Notes: generated by a model from the sequence alone, not told the origin. Counted from the stretch's first letter, positions 46,932 through 57,408 are shown. The stretch: DNA of 64,000 nucleotides from an uncultured archaeon (GCA_964619405.1 CAZUCF010000003.1:25192-89191); one strand, 5' to 3'. Numbers and translations: made by a program.

Positions 46932-47969
46932 TTAATGTATCGTCTCCATGTGTTTTCTGTATTTTGAATAAGTTAAATATTCTTTTCTATTAACATAATC
47001 CTCTGTTGTTCTTGCTTTTTTTTGTGCTTCCAAAATTTTTTTTGTGCAAGTAAGAATAAATGCGTCTGAACCAGAACCTGAACCATAACTTGTGACTAAT
47101 ATTTTGTCTCCTGGTTTTGCTACATCAAGAACACAAGCAAGTCCTAATAACGATGAACCCGAGTAAGTGTTACCAATTTTTTTTACTATTAAACCTGTTT
47201 CTAATTGTTCTTTTGTTACACCAAATATTTTTGCAACAGCTTCTGGAAATTTTCCGTTCGGCATGTGGAATACAACAAAAGAAAAATCTTTCATTTCCAT
47301 TTTACTTTTTTCTAAAATCATTTTTGTTGCACTAACAACGTGTTTAAAGTAAGCTGGTTCTCCAGTAAATCTTCCCGCGTGTGCAGGATAAGGTTGTAAT
47401 GCTCTCCTCCAAAAATCGGGAGTGTCAGAAGTAAATGAACATGTGTAATCAATTGTTGCTATTGCTTCTTCATTGCTTCCTATTAGGAATGCGGCTCCAC
47501 CTGCTGCTGCACTATATTCAAGTGCGTTCCCTGGTTCTGCTTGACTAGTATCTGCTCCAATTGACAAACCATATTTAATCATTTTTGAATCAACTAAACC
47601 ACAATTAATTTGTATTGTTGCTGAACCAGCTTTGCACGCAAACTCTGTGTCAACAGCCATGTAATCGTTTCCTAAATTAAGAGCTTCTCCAACAATTGAT
47701 GATGATGGTTTTACAGCGTAAGGATGACTTTCTGAACCAATGTAAATTGAACCAATTTCTTTAGAATTAATTTCTGCTCTTGCAATAGCATTCCTTGCTG
47801 CTTCCGTTGAAATTGTTATTGTGTCCTCGTCTTTTCCTGGAACACTTTTTTCAGTTAAACCAAGTCCTGCTTTTATAGCACTAGGGTTATCATTATTAAC
47901 TAAAGCAATTTCTTCTGCTGTTATCCTGTATTTTGGGATATAACTTCCCCAACCAATTATGCCAGCCAT
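46932..47969 (-). CDS. hmgS: hydroxymethylglutaryl-CoA synthase
   Basis: GIIGWGSYIPKYRI start, catalytic Cys in EFACKAG, FHMPNGKF. ATG at 47969. Confidence 0.9.
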   Translation of the reverse strand: MAGIIGWGSYIPKYRITAEEIALVNNDNPSAIKAGLGLTEKSVPGKDEDTITISTEAARNAIARAEINSKEIGSIYIGSESHPYAVKPSSSIVGEALNLGNDYMAVDTEFACKAGSATIQINCGLVDSKMIKYGLSIGADTSQAEPGNALEYSAAAGGAAFLIGSNEEAIATIDYTCSFTSDTPDFWRRALQPYPAHAGRFTGEPAYFKHVVSATKMILEKSKMEMKDFSFVVFHMPNGKFPEAVAKIFGVTKEQLETGLIVKKIGNTYSGSSLLGLACVLDVAKPGDKILVTSYGSGSGSDAFILTCTKKILEAQKKARTTEDYVNRKEYLTYSKYRKHMETIH

Positions 47970-48000
47970 AAATATTACCAACTTGTAACTCTTTTTAATA

Positions 48001-49281
48001 CTAATTGCTTTTAATTTCACTCAAAATTTTTTCTGCACTCGCTTGATTCACTTCTTTTAATTCAATCATTTTTTGTGCTATTAAATCAATTTCTTTTCCT
48101 TTTGCACCTGCCCCAACAGCAATGTTTTTTGCATGTAACTTCATGTGCCCTGATTGTATTCCTGTTGTTGCTATTGCTCTTAATGCAGCAAAGTTTTGTG
48201 CTAAACCAACTGAAGCAATAATACTTGCAAGGTCAGTTACTTTTTTTAAACCAAGTATTTTCGCACTAAGTTGGGCTACTGGGTGAACTTTTATTGCACC
48301 ACCAACTAATCCTAAAGCTAATGGAATATCTATTTCACCAACCAAGTCTCCATTCTTATTTTTATAATATTTTGTTAGCGGAGAATACTTTCCTTCAAAA
48401 CAAGCAAATGCGTGTGCGCCAGCTTCTATTGCTCTAAAATCATTTCCTGTTGCAATTACTACTGCATCAATACCATTCATTATTCCTTTGTTGTGTGTTG
48501 CACACCTAAAAGGAGTTGCTTTTGCTAGCTCATACAAATCAAGTATTCTTTCAATTACTTCACTTCCTTTCATTACTCCTTTAGTGCTTTCTCCTATTTT
48601 TTCTTTTGTCCAAATTGTTTTTGATTGTGTTCTCCTATAAACTGCTAGGTTAGAAATTATTCTTGCAACATGTGTTCCACCAGAAATTTCTTCAATAGTG
48701 TGAGTTATTTTTTCAAGCATTGTATTTATTGCATTAGCACCCATAGCGTCACCCACGTTTACTAAAAGTTGTAATTCAATCATTTTCCCTCTTTCGGTTT
48801 CCAAAATATTTACTATTAAGTCACGTGGCCCGCCACCAAATTTAACCAATATTGGATCAACTTTTCTTGCTTCCAACAAAATTTTTTCTTTGTTCTCAAG
48901 AATTCTTTTTTTTGATTCTTCAACATTTTTTAAATTAATTAATTGTAATTGTCCAATCATTATTTGTTCATCACAAGAAGTTGTGAAACCACTAGAGAGT
49001 TTTGCTGCATTACTTGCTGCTGCAATAACGCTTGGTTCTTCTATAGCAAAAGGAATAACATATTCTTTCCCATTAATAACAAAATTTGTTGCTAAACCCA
49101 AGGGCAATGGAAATGTTCCAACAACATTTTCTATCATCCTGTTCGCTATCTCAAATGGTAGTGGCCCTTCTTTTTCTAAAAACAATTTTTCTTCATTTGT
49201 TAGAGAAAATTCTTTTGCAAGAATTTCTTGTCTTTCCTCAACAGTTTTTTTATAGTATCCTTCAAAACTTTTTTTATCCAT
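48001..49281 (-). CDS. hmgR: hydroxymethylglutaryl-CoA reductase (class II-like)
   Basis: About 426 aa, soluble, FEGYYKKTVEERQ start, EEPSVIAAASNAAK, DAMGANAINT, HMKLHAKN. Confidence 0.85.
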   Translation of the reverse strand: MDKKSFEGYYKKTVEERQEILAKEFSLTNEEKLFLEKEGPLPFEIANRMIENVVGTFPLPLGLATNFVINGKEYVIPFAIEEPSVIAAASNAAKLSSGFTTSCDEQIMIGQLQLINLKNVEESKKRILENKEKILLEARKVDPILVKFGGGPRDLIVNILETERGKMIELQLLVNVGDAMGANAINTMLEKITHTIEEISGGTHVARIISNLAVYRRTQSKTIWTKEKIGESTKGVMKGSEVIERILDLYELAKATPFRCATHNKGIMNGIDAVVIATGNDFRAIEAGAHAFACFEGKYSPLTKYYKNKNGDLVGEIDIPLALGLVGGAIKVHPVAQLSAKILGLKKVTDLASIIASVGLAQNFAALRAIATTGIQSGHMKLHAKNIAVGAGAKGKEIDLIAQKMIELKEVNQASAEKILSEIKSN

Positions 49282-49362
49282 AAACAACACCCCAACAAAA
49301 TAATAAAAACAAATATAATACTACAAAAACTTTTAACCAAATTTATTGAAACAAATTTTTAA

Positions 49363-50706
49363 TTATTCTTTCTCCTTGTTTTTTGCTAACTCGCTTTCAA
49401 TCAAATCTTTTTGTTCTTTCAAATCTTTTTCCTCATCAATTTTTTTTAAGTAAGCAATCATTTCTCTTGCAGCATCCCTTCCTTTTGCAATTGCTTCTAT
49501 AACTGTTTTTGGGCCGTGAACACAATCTCCTGCTGCAAAAACATTTTTTATTTTTGTTTGATTTTTTTTGTTGACCTCAATACAACCGTTTTCAATATCA
49601 CGCAAAGGTTTTTTCACTTCGTCTTTGTCGTGTTCTTGACCTATTGCCACAATCACTTTGTCTGCTTCAATAAAACCTTTTTCACCATTAGTATAACATA
49701 CTTTTGATACTTTTTCATTATTTTCACTTGATTCGAATTTGTCAACTGAATAACCAAATAAAAAGTTTACTCCTTCTTCTTCTGCTTCCAAATAATCTTT
49801 TGGTGAAACACTCTTCTCAGCGTCTCCTCTTTTTGAAATTGTAATGCAATCAACTTTTGCTCCTAATCTTATAGCACTTCTTGCAGCATCAATCCCAACA
49901 TACCCTGCTCCAATAACAACTACTTTTTCTCCTGGTGAAACTAGTGGAACATTATTCTGGTTCAAGTTAACAAGGAATTTCATTGCCGAAACAATTCCTT
50001 TTAAATCTGCACCAAGAATATTTAATTTTTTTGATGAACCAACTCCTGTTCCAACAAAAACAACATCAAATTTTTTTGATAACTCTTCTATTGATTCCTC
50101 AGCTATTTTTGAATTGGGTTCAAAATCAATTCCTAGTTCGTGCAACATTGTTAATTCTCTTGAAACAGTTTCTTTTGGCAAACGAAATTCTGGAACACCA
50201 TATTTTATTACACCCCCAAAAGAATTTGACACCTCAAACACACTAACATTTAGTCCTTCTAAAGCAAGGTAAGCTGCTGCTGTTAACCCTGAGGGGCCAG
50301 AACCAATAATAGCAACTTTTTTGCCATTTAGTTTTCTTCCTTCTGGTAGCGACGCTTTGTCCCCAATAAATCTTTCCAAACCACCAATGTTAATTGGGCC
50401 TTCTTTTGTTTTTGATAGAATGCATGAACCCTCGCATTGTTTTTCCTGTTGGCAAATCCTACCACAAATACTTGGGAAAAAATTTTTTTCCCTGATTATT
50501 TCTGCAGCGTCTTGTAATCTCCCTTCTTTAAAAGCTTTAATGAAAGCAGGAATATTTACTCTTGCTGGGCAACCCTCAACGCACTTTGGTTCCTTGCAAT
50601 TCAAACAACGATTCGCTTCTCGCATTGCTTGTTCTTCATTAAAACCAATTTCTACTTCTTTAAAAGAATTTTTTCTATCATCAATACTGATTTTTGGAAT
50701 CTGCAT
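49363..50706 (-). CDS. glutamate synthase small subunit-like NAD(P)H oxidoreductase (GltD/SudA family)
   Basis: N-terminal Fe-S Cys clusters (CLNCKEPKCVEGCP; CGRICQQEKQCEGSC) and two dinucleotide folds (IIGSGPSG, VIGAGYVG). Confidence 0.8.
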   Translation of the reverse strand: MQIPKISIDDRKNSFKEVEIGFNEEQAMREANRCLNCKEPKCVEGCPARVNIPAFIKAFKEGRLQDAAEIIREKNFFPSICGRICQQEKQCEGSCILSKTKEGPINIGGLERFIGDKASLPEGRKLNGKKVAIIGSGPSGLTAAAYLALEGLNVSVFEVSNSFGGVIKYGVPEFRLPKETVSRELTMLHELGIDFEPNSKIAEESIEELSKKFDVVFVGTGVGSSKKLNILGADLKGIVSAMKFLVNLNQNNVPLVSPGEKVVVIGAGYVGIDAARSAIRLGAKVDCITISKRGDAEKSVSPKDYLEAEEEGVNFLFGYSVDKFESSENNEKVSKVCYTNGEKGFIEADKVIVAIGQEHDKDEVKKPLRDIENGCIEVNKKNQTKIKNVFAAGDCVHGPKTVIEAIAKGRDAAREMIAYLKKIDEEKDLKEQKDLIESELAKNKEKE

Positions 50707-50997
50707 TATCACACCAAGCCTTTGAAAACAAAATAAATAATTTCTCACCAGAAAATGTTTCTCTTTAATTCAAACACTCTATTAAACAAAGGTTAAGTCA
50801 ATATATAAAAACCTTTCCAAAAGACGAAAATTGTTTCGTTGATTGACGATTAATATTTTTTTAATGAATTCTAATTAAAATCAAATAAAATAAAAAAAAT
50901 AAAATTAATGATAACCAAAAAAAAACAAAAAAAGATTTTAAAAGCATTTTTTGTTTCAAAGCAAATGAATTTTTTTTTTTGTTAAACAACAAATTTT

Positions 50998-52425
50998 TTA
51001 TGTGCACCCAGTGATAATACCACTTTCAATTGAGACTTGACAAGTAGTAGAACAATCACTTGCTGTACAAAGCCAATAACTACTAGTATCATCTATGCCT
51101 TGGTTTCCACTTGATGACTTAAAGCTAGTGCCAGTTTGTATATCCCCACTCGCATAAATCCCACCAGTAGCATTTACAGCATAAGTATTATCAGTTAATT
51201 GAACACTATTAGCACCATCACTAAAATTACTAGTGCCTGAAACATTTAATGCGTATGTTCCATCATGCATAACAACATTAGTTGTTCCACTATTAAATTG
51301 ACTCATTCCAGTAGCATTTACAGCATAAGTACCATCAGCCAAAGTAATATTATTACTTGAACCATCTTCTAAATAACCAGCATAACCATTAACACCCAAA
51401 CTAGCTTTATAACTACTATTATAAAATATTCCTGCTGCCGAACCATCAGAAAGTATTGCTATATTACTATTTGGGTCCACACTATAAATGTTTTGTGTTC
51501 CATCTAATATTTTTAAGGTAGAAAACCCATCAGTAAACAAACCATACTCTGTCCCATTATATAATTCAACAGCATCACTACCCACATTCAAATAACTTGT
51601 GTACAAACCATATTCTGTGTAAATTCCGTCAGCCGGGTCATCAAACCAATCAAAAACGGTTTCATCGTTTGTACTAACTAATCGTGTTGCCATAATTCTG
51701 TGTGTTTTTATTGGATTTTGGGTTTCCCAAAAATAACTCTCCCCTCCAAAATCTCCTTTTAAAAATGAAACATCCCCACCAATACTAATTTCTCCAAACA
51801 TCCCAGTTCCTGTTGTAGTTAAACCATTAGTACCTAAATTAACATCAGTAGTAGCACCAGTATAAGTAACATAACCACTCAAATCGGGTTGTGTGCTTAA
51901 ACACTCTTGCACGTTATTTGCTTCAATACAAATGAGTGAGTTTGATGCCCCTTCAAAAAAAAGTGTTCCTGAAGTAATACTACTTTTTTTGCCAGGCATT
52001 AAGTCAAAGCCACCACTATCAAAAATTGATTCAGAATTTCCTACTTGGTAATGAAAGAAAACATCGCTGTAAGAGCATTCTCCTTCACAATCCCCTATGT
52101 TTGGAATAAAAACTGTTTTCTTTTCTTCTGGTAAAAAAATCATTGGTTCATCCACTAAAACTTGTTTTGAACCAATAGAATAACCAGCAAAATAAATTGG
52201 GTGTAATAAATTATTCTTCATAACAATTAATGCGTCACCATTATTATCAACAATAGCCTCAAGAATTGCTATGGAACCAACTCCCCACTCTTGTTTGTTT
52301 TGCATTGTAGAAACTGGTCCAAAAAAACCAAAAAAATTTGTGATTAAAGCAGTAGCAATTAAAGCAATTGTTATAACCGCACCAATTATTGCTAAGTACT
52401 CTATTGTTGATTGTGCTCTTGACAT
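50998..52425 (-). CDS. type IV pilin-like (class III signal peptide) secreted protein, 475 aa
   Basis: N-terminus MSRAQSTIEYLAIIGAVITIALIATALI is paralogous to the DGR target N-terminus. The C-terminal region is Gly/Thr/Ser/Asn-rich and repetitive. Confidence 0.6.
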   Translation of the reverse strand: MSRAQSTIEYLAIIGAVITIALIATALITNFFGFFGPVSTMQNKQEWGVGSIAILEAIVDNNGDALIVMKNNLLHPIYFAGYSIGSKQVLVDEPMIFLPEEKKTVFIPNIGDCEGECSYSDVFFHYQVGNSESIFDSGGFDLMPGKKSSITSGTLFFEGASNSLICIEANNVQECLSTQPDLSGYVTYTGATTDVNLGTNGLTTTGTGMFGEISIGGDVSFLKGDFGGESYFWETQNPIKTHRIMATRLVSTNDETVFDWFDDPADGIYTEYGLYTSYLNVGSDAVELYNGTEYGLFTDGFSTLKILDGTQNIYSVDPNSNIAILSDGSAAGIFYNSSYKASLGVNGYAGYLEDGSSNNITLADGTYAVNATGMSQFNSGTTNVVMHDGTYALNVSGTSNFSDGANSVQLTDNTYAVNATGGIYASGDIQTGTSFKSSSGNQGIDDTSSYWLCTASDCSTTCQVSIESGIITGCT

Positions 52426-52613
52426 TACACCACATTAATAATAACAATTTAAAGTATAATAATTTTTCTAAAGAAAAAAAGCAAGGAAAAAAATTTAAAA
52501 AATATTATTAAAAAACAAAAAATAAATATTGTTTATAAAAAACAAAAATTAATTCAATTAAAATTAATGCTTTCAAAAAAATTATTATAAATAGAATTAT
52601 TTTAAACACAAAT

Positions 52614-53666
52614 TTATTGTTGCAACCAATCTTTTAATTTTCCAAGAACCACAAATTCTTTTTTTTGTAAATCAATAGTATTTTTGCAACCAGATAAAAA
52701 CGAAGCTATTTCCATTTCTTTCTTAAAATTTTTTAAATAACTTTTTACTCCTAAAAAACCATTTTTTTGTTGTTCTTTTAAAATTGGCAAAGCATTTCCA
52801 ACCATGTCAGCTCCAAGAACAATTGATTTTACTGCTTCAAGACCATTTCTTATTCCACCAGAAGCAACAATCTTTTTGTCAGAATGAGAAATAGCATTTT
52901 TTGTTTCTATAACACTTACTGCTGTTGGAACCCCTATATCCCGAAACATTTCTCCAAAACTTTTTTTGTGCCTTAACGCATCTACTCTTGTCCAACTTGT
53001 GCCCCCAGCACCTTCTACATCAATTGCTTTTATTTTTGTTTTAGCTAAGTGTTTTGCAATTTCAAAATTTATTCCATGCCCCACTTCTTTTACATATACT
53101 GGAACAGAAATTTCTTCAGAAAACAAGCCTATTTTTTCTATTAAATTTGAAAAATTTGTGTCGCCCTCTGGTTGCATTGCTTCTTGTGCTGAATTAATGT
53201 GTATTGCTAGAGCATCAGCTTCTATTTTTTGTAATACTTCATTTATTTTTTTAGGAGAATAATTATTTAATTGAGCAACGCCAAGGTTTCCTGCAAGAAA
53301 AATGTCGGGTGCTACGCCTCTAACATAATAAGTGTTTGTTAGTCCTGGTTTTTCAATCATTGCACGCATGCTTCCAAGCCCCATGCCAACACCTATTTCT
53401 TGACACGCTTTCGCAATATCTAAGTTAACTTTTTTTGATATTTGTGCTCCACCCGTAATAGCTGAAACCAAGAAAGGAAAAGAAAAATTTTTTCCAAGAA
53501 AATTTGTTGATAAATCTACTTCTCCTAAATCAATTTCTGGTAAAGAAAAATAATCAAGTTCAACATATTCAAGCAAAGTCGTTTTATCTTTAAATGAAAC
53601 ATCTTTTTGTGTACACAAGTTTAAATGATCTACTTTTCTTTTTTCTGTTTGTGATACCATAGACAA
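52614..53666 (-). CDS. fni: type 2 isopentenyl-diphosphate delta-isomerase
   Basis: KRKVDHL start, FMN TIM-barrel, ASGGIRNG. Confidence 0.9.
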   Translation of the reverse strand: MSMVSQTEKRKVDHLNLCTQKDVSFKDKTTLLEYVELDYFSLPEIDLGEVDLSTNFLGKNFSFPFLVSAITGGAQISKKVNLDIAKACQEIGVGMGLGSMRAMIEKPGLTNTYYVRGVAPDIFLAGNLGVAQLNNYSPKKINEVLQKIEADALAIHINSAQEAMQPEGDTNFSNLIEKIGLFSEEISVPVYVKEVGHGINFEIAKHLAKTKIKAIDVEGAGGTSWTRVDALRHKKSFGEMFRDIGVPTAVSVIETKNAISHSDKKIVASGGIRNGLEAVKSIVLGADMVGNALPILKEQQKNGFLGVKSYLKNFKKEMEIASFLSGCKNTIDLQKKEFVVLGKLKDWLQQ

Positions 53667-53740
53667 GTAAAGAATTAAACTTATTTAAATTGTTTTGTTT
53701 ACTCAAAAGTTTTAAAACTTGTAACAAACAATACTTATTC

Positions 53741-54670
53741 ATGAACAAGGCAGGGCAACAAAAACTAAAACAAAGATTGCTTGATAAGAAACACAGCATT
53801 GTAACACATAATTGGTTAGTTAATGGTGAGCAAAAAGAGCGAACTATTTCAAGAAGAATTGTTAGCAACGAAAAAATGCGGGACAGAGTGAACAGAGTAA
53901 TGCGTGCTAGTTTTTCTGCAAAAACAAGACAAAGAAACAAAAAAAGTTTTAAAGAAGGTAATAACGCAATAATTTTTTTTAACAAAAAACGGGGCCATGC
54001 TGTAAAGGTTTTTGGGCAAGGCTCAATAGGAGACCATTATTCTAAAACAAGGACTTTTCAACAAAATTTATCTTATTGTCTTGCAATGATTAATGGTCAA
54101 ACGATTTCAGAACTAGATTCTAACATTAAAAAGATTAGGGCGCGAGTAAAAAGAATGAAGTCAAGTAAAATTAATCCAAATAGTTTTGATCCAAAACCAG
54201 AGACAATAATTAGACAATTAATCCAAGAAAAAAAAGAGGTTTTGGTTTTACAACAAGAAAAACTAAAGGATTCTTTTTGGAATAGTAAGCCATTAAAAAA
54301 AGGGTATATTCCTTTTGTTTATTCTATAAGAACACCAAAAATATTTTCTGAACACAGATTAAAAAGTAGAGAATACGCTGTTTCAATGGAGTATGTTAGA
54401 GGGCCAAATTTAAGTGAGTTGTTAGAAGCATTAGATAAAAAAGTTAGAACCAAGACTGGTAGGAACGCTGAATTGTTTTTGAAACAAAACAAATTAGATA
54501 AAGAAGAAACCAGAGTAAAAATTACTGAGATAAGCAAGGCCATAAATAATTCTGTTTTACCAAGAACACAAAATACTGTTACCCCTTTTATTCCAAGATT
54601 AGATTCTTTTATTGTTGAAGGAATTGATCGGTTTGGGAATTTTAAACTGGTTCTTGTTGATAATGCATAA
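53741..54670 (+). CDS. hypothetical protein
   Basis: Basic N-terminus. A possible kinase-like segment (SMEYVRGPNL) is too weak to call. Confidence 0.35.
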   Translation: MNKAGQQKLKQRLLDKKHSIVTHNWLVNGEQKERTISRRIVSNEKMRDRVNRVMRASFSAKTRQRNKKSFKEGNNAIIFFNKKRGHAVKVFGQGSIGDHYSKTRTFQQNLSYCLAMINGQTISELDSNIKKIRARVKRMKSSKINPNSFDPKPETIIRQLIQEKKEVLVLQQEKLKDSFWNSKPLKKGYIPFVYSIRTPKIFSEHRLKSREYAVSMEYVRGPNLSELLEALDKKVRTKTGRNAELFLKQNKLDKEETRVKITEISKAINNSVLPRTQNTVTPFIPRLDSFIVEGIDRFGNFKLVLVDNA

Positions 54671-54761
54671 CAATAAAAAAATTATTTAAAAAAAACTAAT
54701 TAGCATTTGAGACTAATTAAAAATCAAGATAAAAAAATAATTTAATTACTTATGCTATTAA

Positions 54762-57239
54762 TCAAATTTTTCTGTCAACTAAATATTCAGCAAATTTTTT
54801 TAGGATTTTTTTTGCATTACTTTCTTTTAAAACAGAATCAATTTCGCTCCAAGCTTCTTCAACCATTTTTTCTGCAATTTTTTTTGAGTAATCAATCCCA
54901 TCGTATTTATTTATTATATCAAGTGCTTCTTGTAATTCTTTTTCTTTTGTTGTGTGAGAATCAAGAATTTCTATTAACCTTTTCTTGTCTTCTTTAGAAG
55001 CAACTTCAAGTGTTCTTATCACAATCAAAGTTCTTTTTCCCTCATGAATGTCTCCACCAATAGAACCTTTTTTTTCTTTAAATTCTTGTTCAGTTAACTC
55101 TAGAATATCGTCTTGTATTTGGAAACCCACTCCAATAATTTGGCCAAAATTCCCAAGTGCTTCAAACTGTTTTTTTGTTGAATTACCAATTATTGCTCCT
55201 AATTGGCAAGCAAATTTTGTTAGAACCCCTGTTTTTGATAAACACATATTTAAGTATTGTGACTCGTTAGGAGTAAAGCCACCATGGTGCCAAGCAATAT
55301 CCCAAACTTGCCCAGAACAAACCCTAAGCATTTCTTTAATATACAAATCATAAATTTGTAATTTTTTTTCATTAGAAAAAGAAAAATCATTATTCATTAT
55401 TTTTATCATTGGCCAATAATACATTATTGTTCCTGTGTTAACAGCAGTGTCAACACCAAATTTTTTGTGAGTGCAGGGTTCTCCTCTTCTTGATTTTGAA
55501 TCATCTTCCACATCATCTTGCATCAAAGTATTGTGGACTATTATCCCATTACAAATATATGAGTGTGTTTCTTCTACTTCAATATCAAATGTTTGAATTG
55601 GCTCTCCTTCTATTATTTCTCTTACTTCAACAAAGCCTATTTTTTCAAAATCAGTTTGTTCTGGCATGAAAGGCACTTTTTCTTTTTGTCTTAAAGTTAC
55701 TTGTCTAACAAATTGTCTTGATAATCTTTGAGTGTTAGTTGTTGATTCTGAACCAATTTCTTGAGCAACTCTTTCTGTTGAACTAACATCAAAACCAAAA
55801 AGAACGGATTCTTTTTTTATTGAATTAGAAAAGTGCTTGTTTGAAATAATTTTTTTATTAATGTTGCTTGTAACAAAACCAAGGCTATCTAATAACATTT
55901 TCATTTGAGTCATTAGCTCTTCGTTTGCACAATCAAAACACACGTACCCTTTTTTGTTAATGTGTCCATCTGAATCAATATATCCTTTAATAAAAGCTAA
56001 TTTGTGTTCTCTTGGAAGAGAAAAAACCCAATTAGGAATATTTATTTCTAAATGATTTTTTTTTAAACCCAAGTAATCAAATAAATTTGCTAGTGCAGTT
56101 GAACAAAGAGTAATTCTTTCTTTATACTGCGATGGCTCAGATTCAAATACTTTCTTTGCTAGCAAAACATATTCTTCCCTGCCTTCAATATTTTTTGGTA
56201 AGCATAATTCAACCTTGTCTTTCGCAATATGACCATCACCAATTATTAAACCACAAATTTGTGCTAGTTCTTTAGTCATCATTGTTGGAATAACATATCT
56301 ATCTTTAAAATTTTTTTCAAAAAAAGGAATTTCTGGAAGAACTCCTTCATCAGAATACACATTTTTTCCAACAACTAACAAATCACCTTTTTCCAATTTT
56401 TTTGCCCTAACCCATTTAAACTCTATTTTTGGTTGTTCGAACACACATTGTTTTTTTTCAAAATTATTCCAGTCTAAACCATATTCTTCAACTAAATAAT
56501 CAACGAACTCTTCAGGCAAGTAACAATTTTTATAACCCCTAATTGAATTAAAAATTGCTCTTGAATTTAAACCACCAAAATCACTTTTTTTAAATGCTTC
56601 TTTAACTAATGAAAAAGTTGATTGTTTTTTGGCACGAGCTTTTTCTTCAATTAGACACAATGTTTTTTTGTTTACTTTATAATGAAATTTTTGTTCTTTT
56701 TGAACTGATAAAAACGGGTGCTCTTCAGTTACACTAATAGTTCTATTATTACTAATTACTTTTAAAACTTTTTTTACACCATTGTCGTGCTTAAAAGAAA
56801 CTCTTCTTTCTTTTATTCTACCAAATTTGTCAACTGACAAAACATAATCTCCGATATTAACATCTTTAATTTTTTTTGGCGAGCCATCAGCCATCCAAAC
56901 TAAAGCATTTTCGTCAACACAACCATTGTGAATTAACTCTACTATTGGTGCTAATTTTAAACCATCGCCCCATTTTCCACCAACCGATTCTGCACAAATA
57001 CAAGTTAGTATTGGCCTAAATCTTTTTCCTCCTCTGTCAAGCAAATCCCAAATTGGTTCATTACAACCAGCCGAGTAAGCATTTAAATCTAATTCAAAAA
57101 CAGTTTTTCCTAATGCATTTTCAACCCATTCTTTTATTGCTTTTCTGGGAATAAATTTTTCTAATTCTTTTTCAATAATCGGAACTTCTTTTTTTAAAAA
57201 GGATTTTATATCCATTTTTGTGTCTTTTTCTGAAACCAT
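54762..57239 (-). CDS. idsA: geranylgeranyl diphosphate synthase (polyprenyl synthetase), interrupted by an intein
   Basis: Exteins carry GGKRFRP, ELIHNG|TLMQDDVEDD (first Asp-rich motif) and FQIQDDILE (second). The mature size would be 361 aa. Confidence 0.85.
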   Translation of the reverse strand: MVSEKDTKMDIKSFLKKEVPIIEKELEKFIPRKAIKEWVENALGKTVFELDLNAYSAGCNEPIWDLLDRGGKRFRPILTCICAESVGGKWGDGLKLAPIVELIHNGCVDENALVWMADGSPKKIKDVNIGDYVLSVDKFGRIKERRVSFKHDNGVKKVLKVISNNRTISVTEEHPFLSVQKEQKFHYKVNKKTLCLIEEKARAKKQSTFSLVKEAFKKSDFGGLNSRAIFNSIRGYKNCYLPEEFVDYLVEEYGLDWNNFEKKQCVFEQPKIEFKWVRAKKLEKGDLLVVGKNVYSDEGVLPEIPFFEKNFKDRYVIPTMMTKELAQICGLIIGDGHIAKDKVELCLPKNIEGREEYVLLAKKVFESEPSQYKERITLCSTALANLFDYLGLKKNHLEINIPNWVFSLPREHKLAFIKGYIDSDGHINKKGYVCFDCANEELMTQMKMLLDSLGFVTSNINKKIISNKHFSNSIKKESVLFGFDVSSTERVAQEIGSESTTNTQRLSRQFVRQVTLRQKEKVPFMPEQTDFEKIGFVEVREIIEGEPIQTFDIEVEETHSYICNGIIVHNTLMQDDVEDDSKSRRGEPCTHKKFGVDTAVNTGTIMYYWPMIKIMNNDFSFSNEKKLQIYDLYIKEMLRVCSGQVWDIAWHHGGFTPNESQYLNMCLSKTGVLTKFACQLGAIIGNSTKKQFEALGNFGQIIGVGFQIQDDILELTEQEFKEKKGSIGGDIHEGKRTLIVIRTLEVASKEDKKRLIEILDSHTTKEKELQEALDIINKYDGIDYSKKIAEKMVEEAWSEIDSVLKESNAKKILKKFAEYLVDRKI
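55530..56921 (-). mobile_element. intein (464 aa) with LAGLIDADG endonuclease in GGPP synthase
   Basis: Cys1 (CVDENALVWMADGS), C-terminal CNGIIVHN, +1 Thr. LAGLIDADG motifs are ICGLIIGDGH and FIKGYIDSDGH. Confidence 0.85.
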
Positions 57240-57408
57240 TTTACCAAAAAATATTATGACACAAGTAGTTAAAAAGATAACATTTTTACAAAAAAAATAA
57301 CAAAACTATGAAAACAATTAAATCAAAAAGACTACAAAAATATAAAAAAATTATTTAAAAAAAAGTAATATGAATCAAAAAAATAATAGTTATTTAAAAA
57401 AGTAATAG

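Noticed and set aside
50998-52425. Second pilin-like protein considered as a second DGR target.
   Set aside because: Its 3' end (…ESGIITGCT) shows no similarity to the TR or to the IMH-like GGAGTTAGGTGTGTTCGTTCGGAA. By eye I saw no other copy of that sequence in the window.
53590-53985. 131-aa minus-strand ORF bridging the fni start and the following plus-strand gene.
   Set aside because: It overlaps both neighbouring genes, its translation is Leu/Phe/Cys-rich and low-complexity, and it has no motif. It is most likely spurious.
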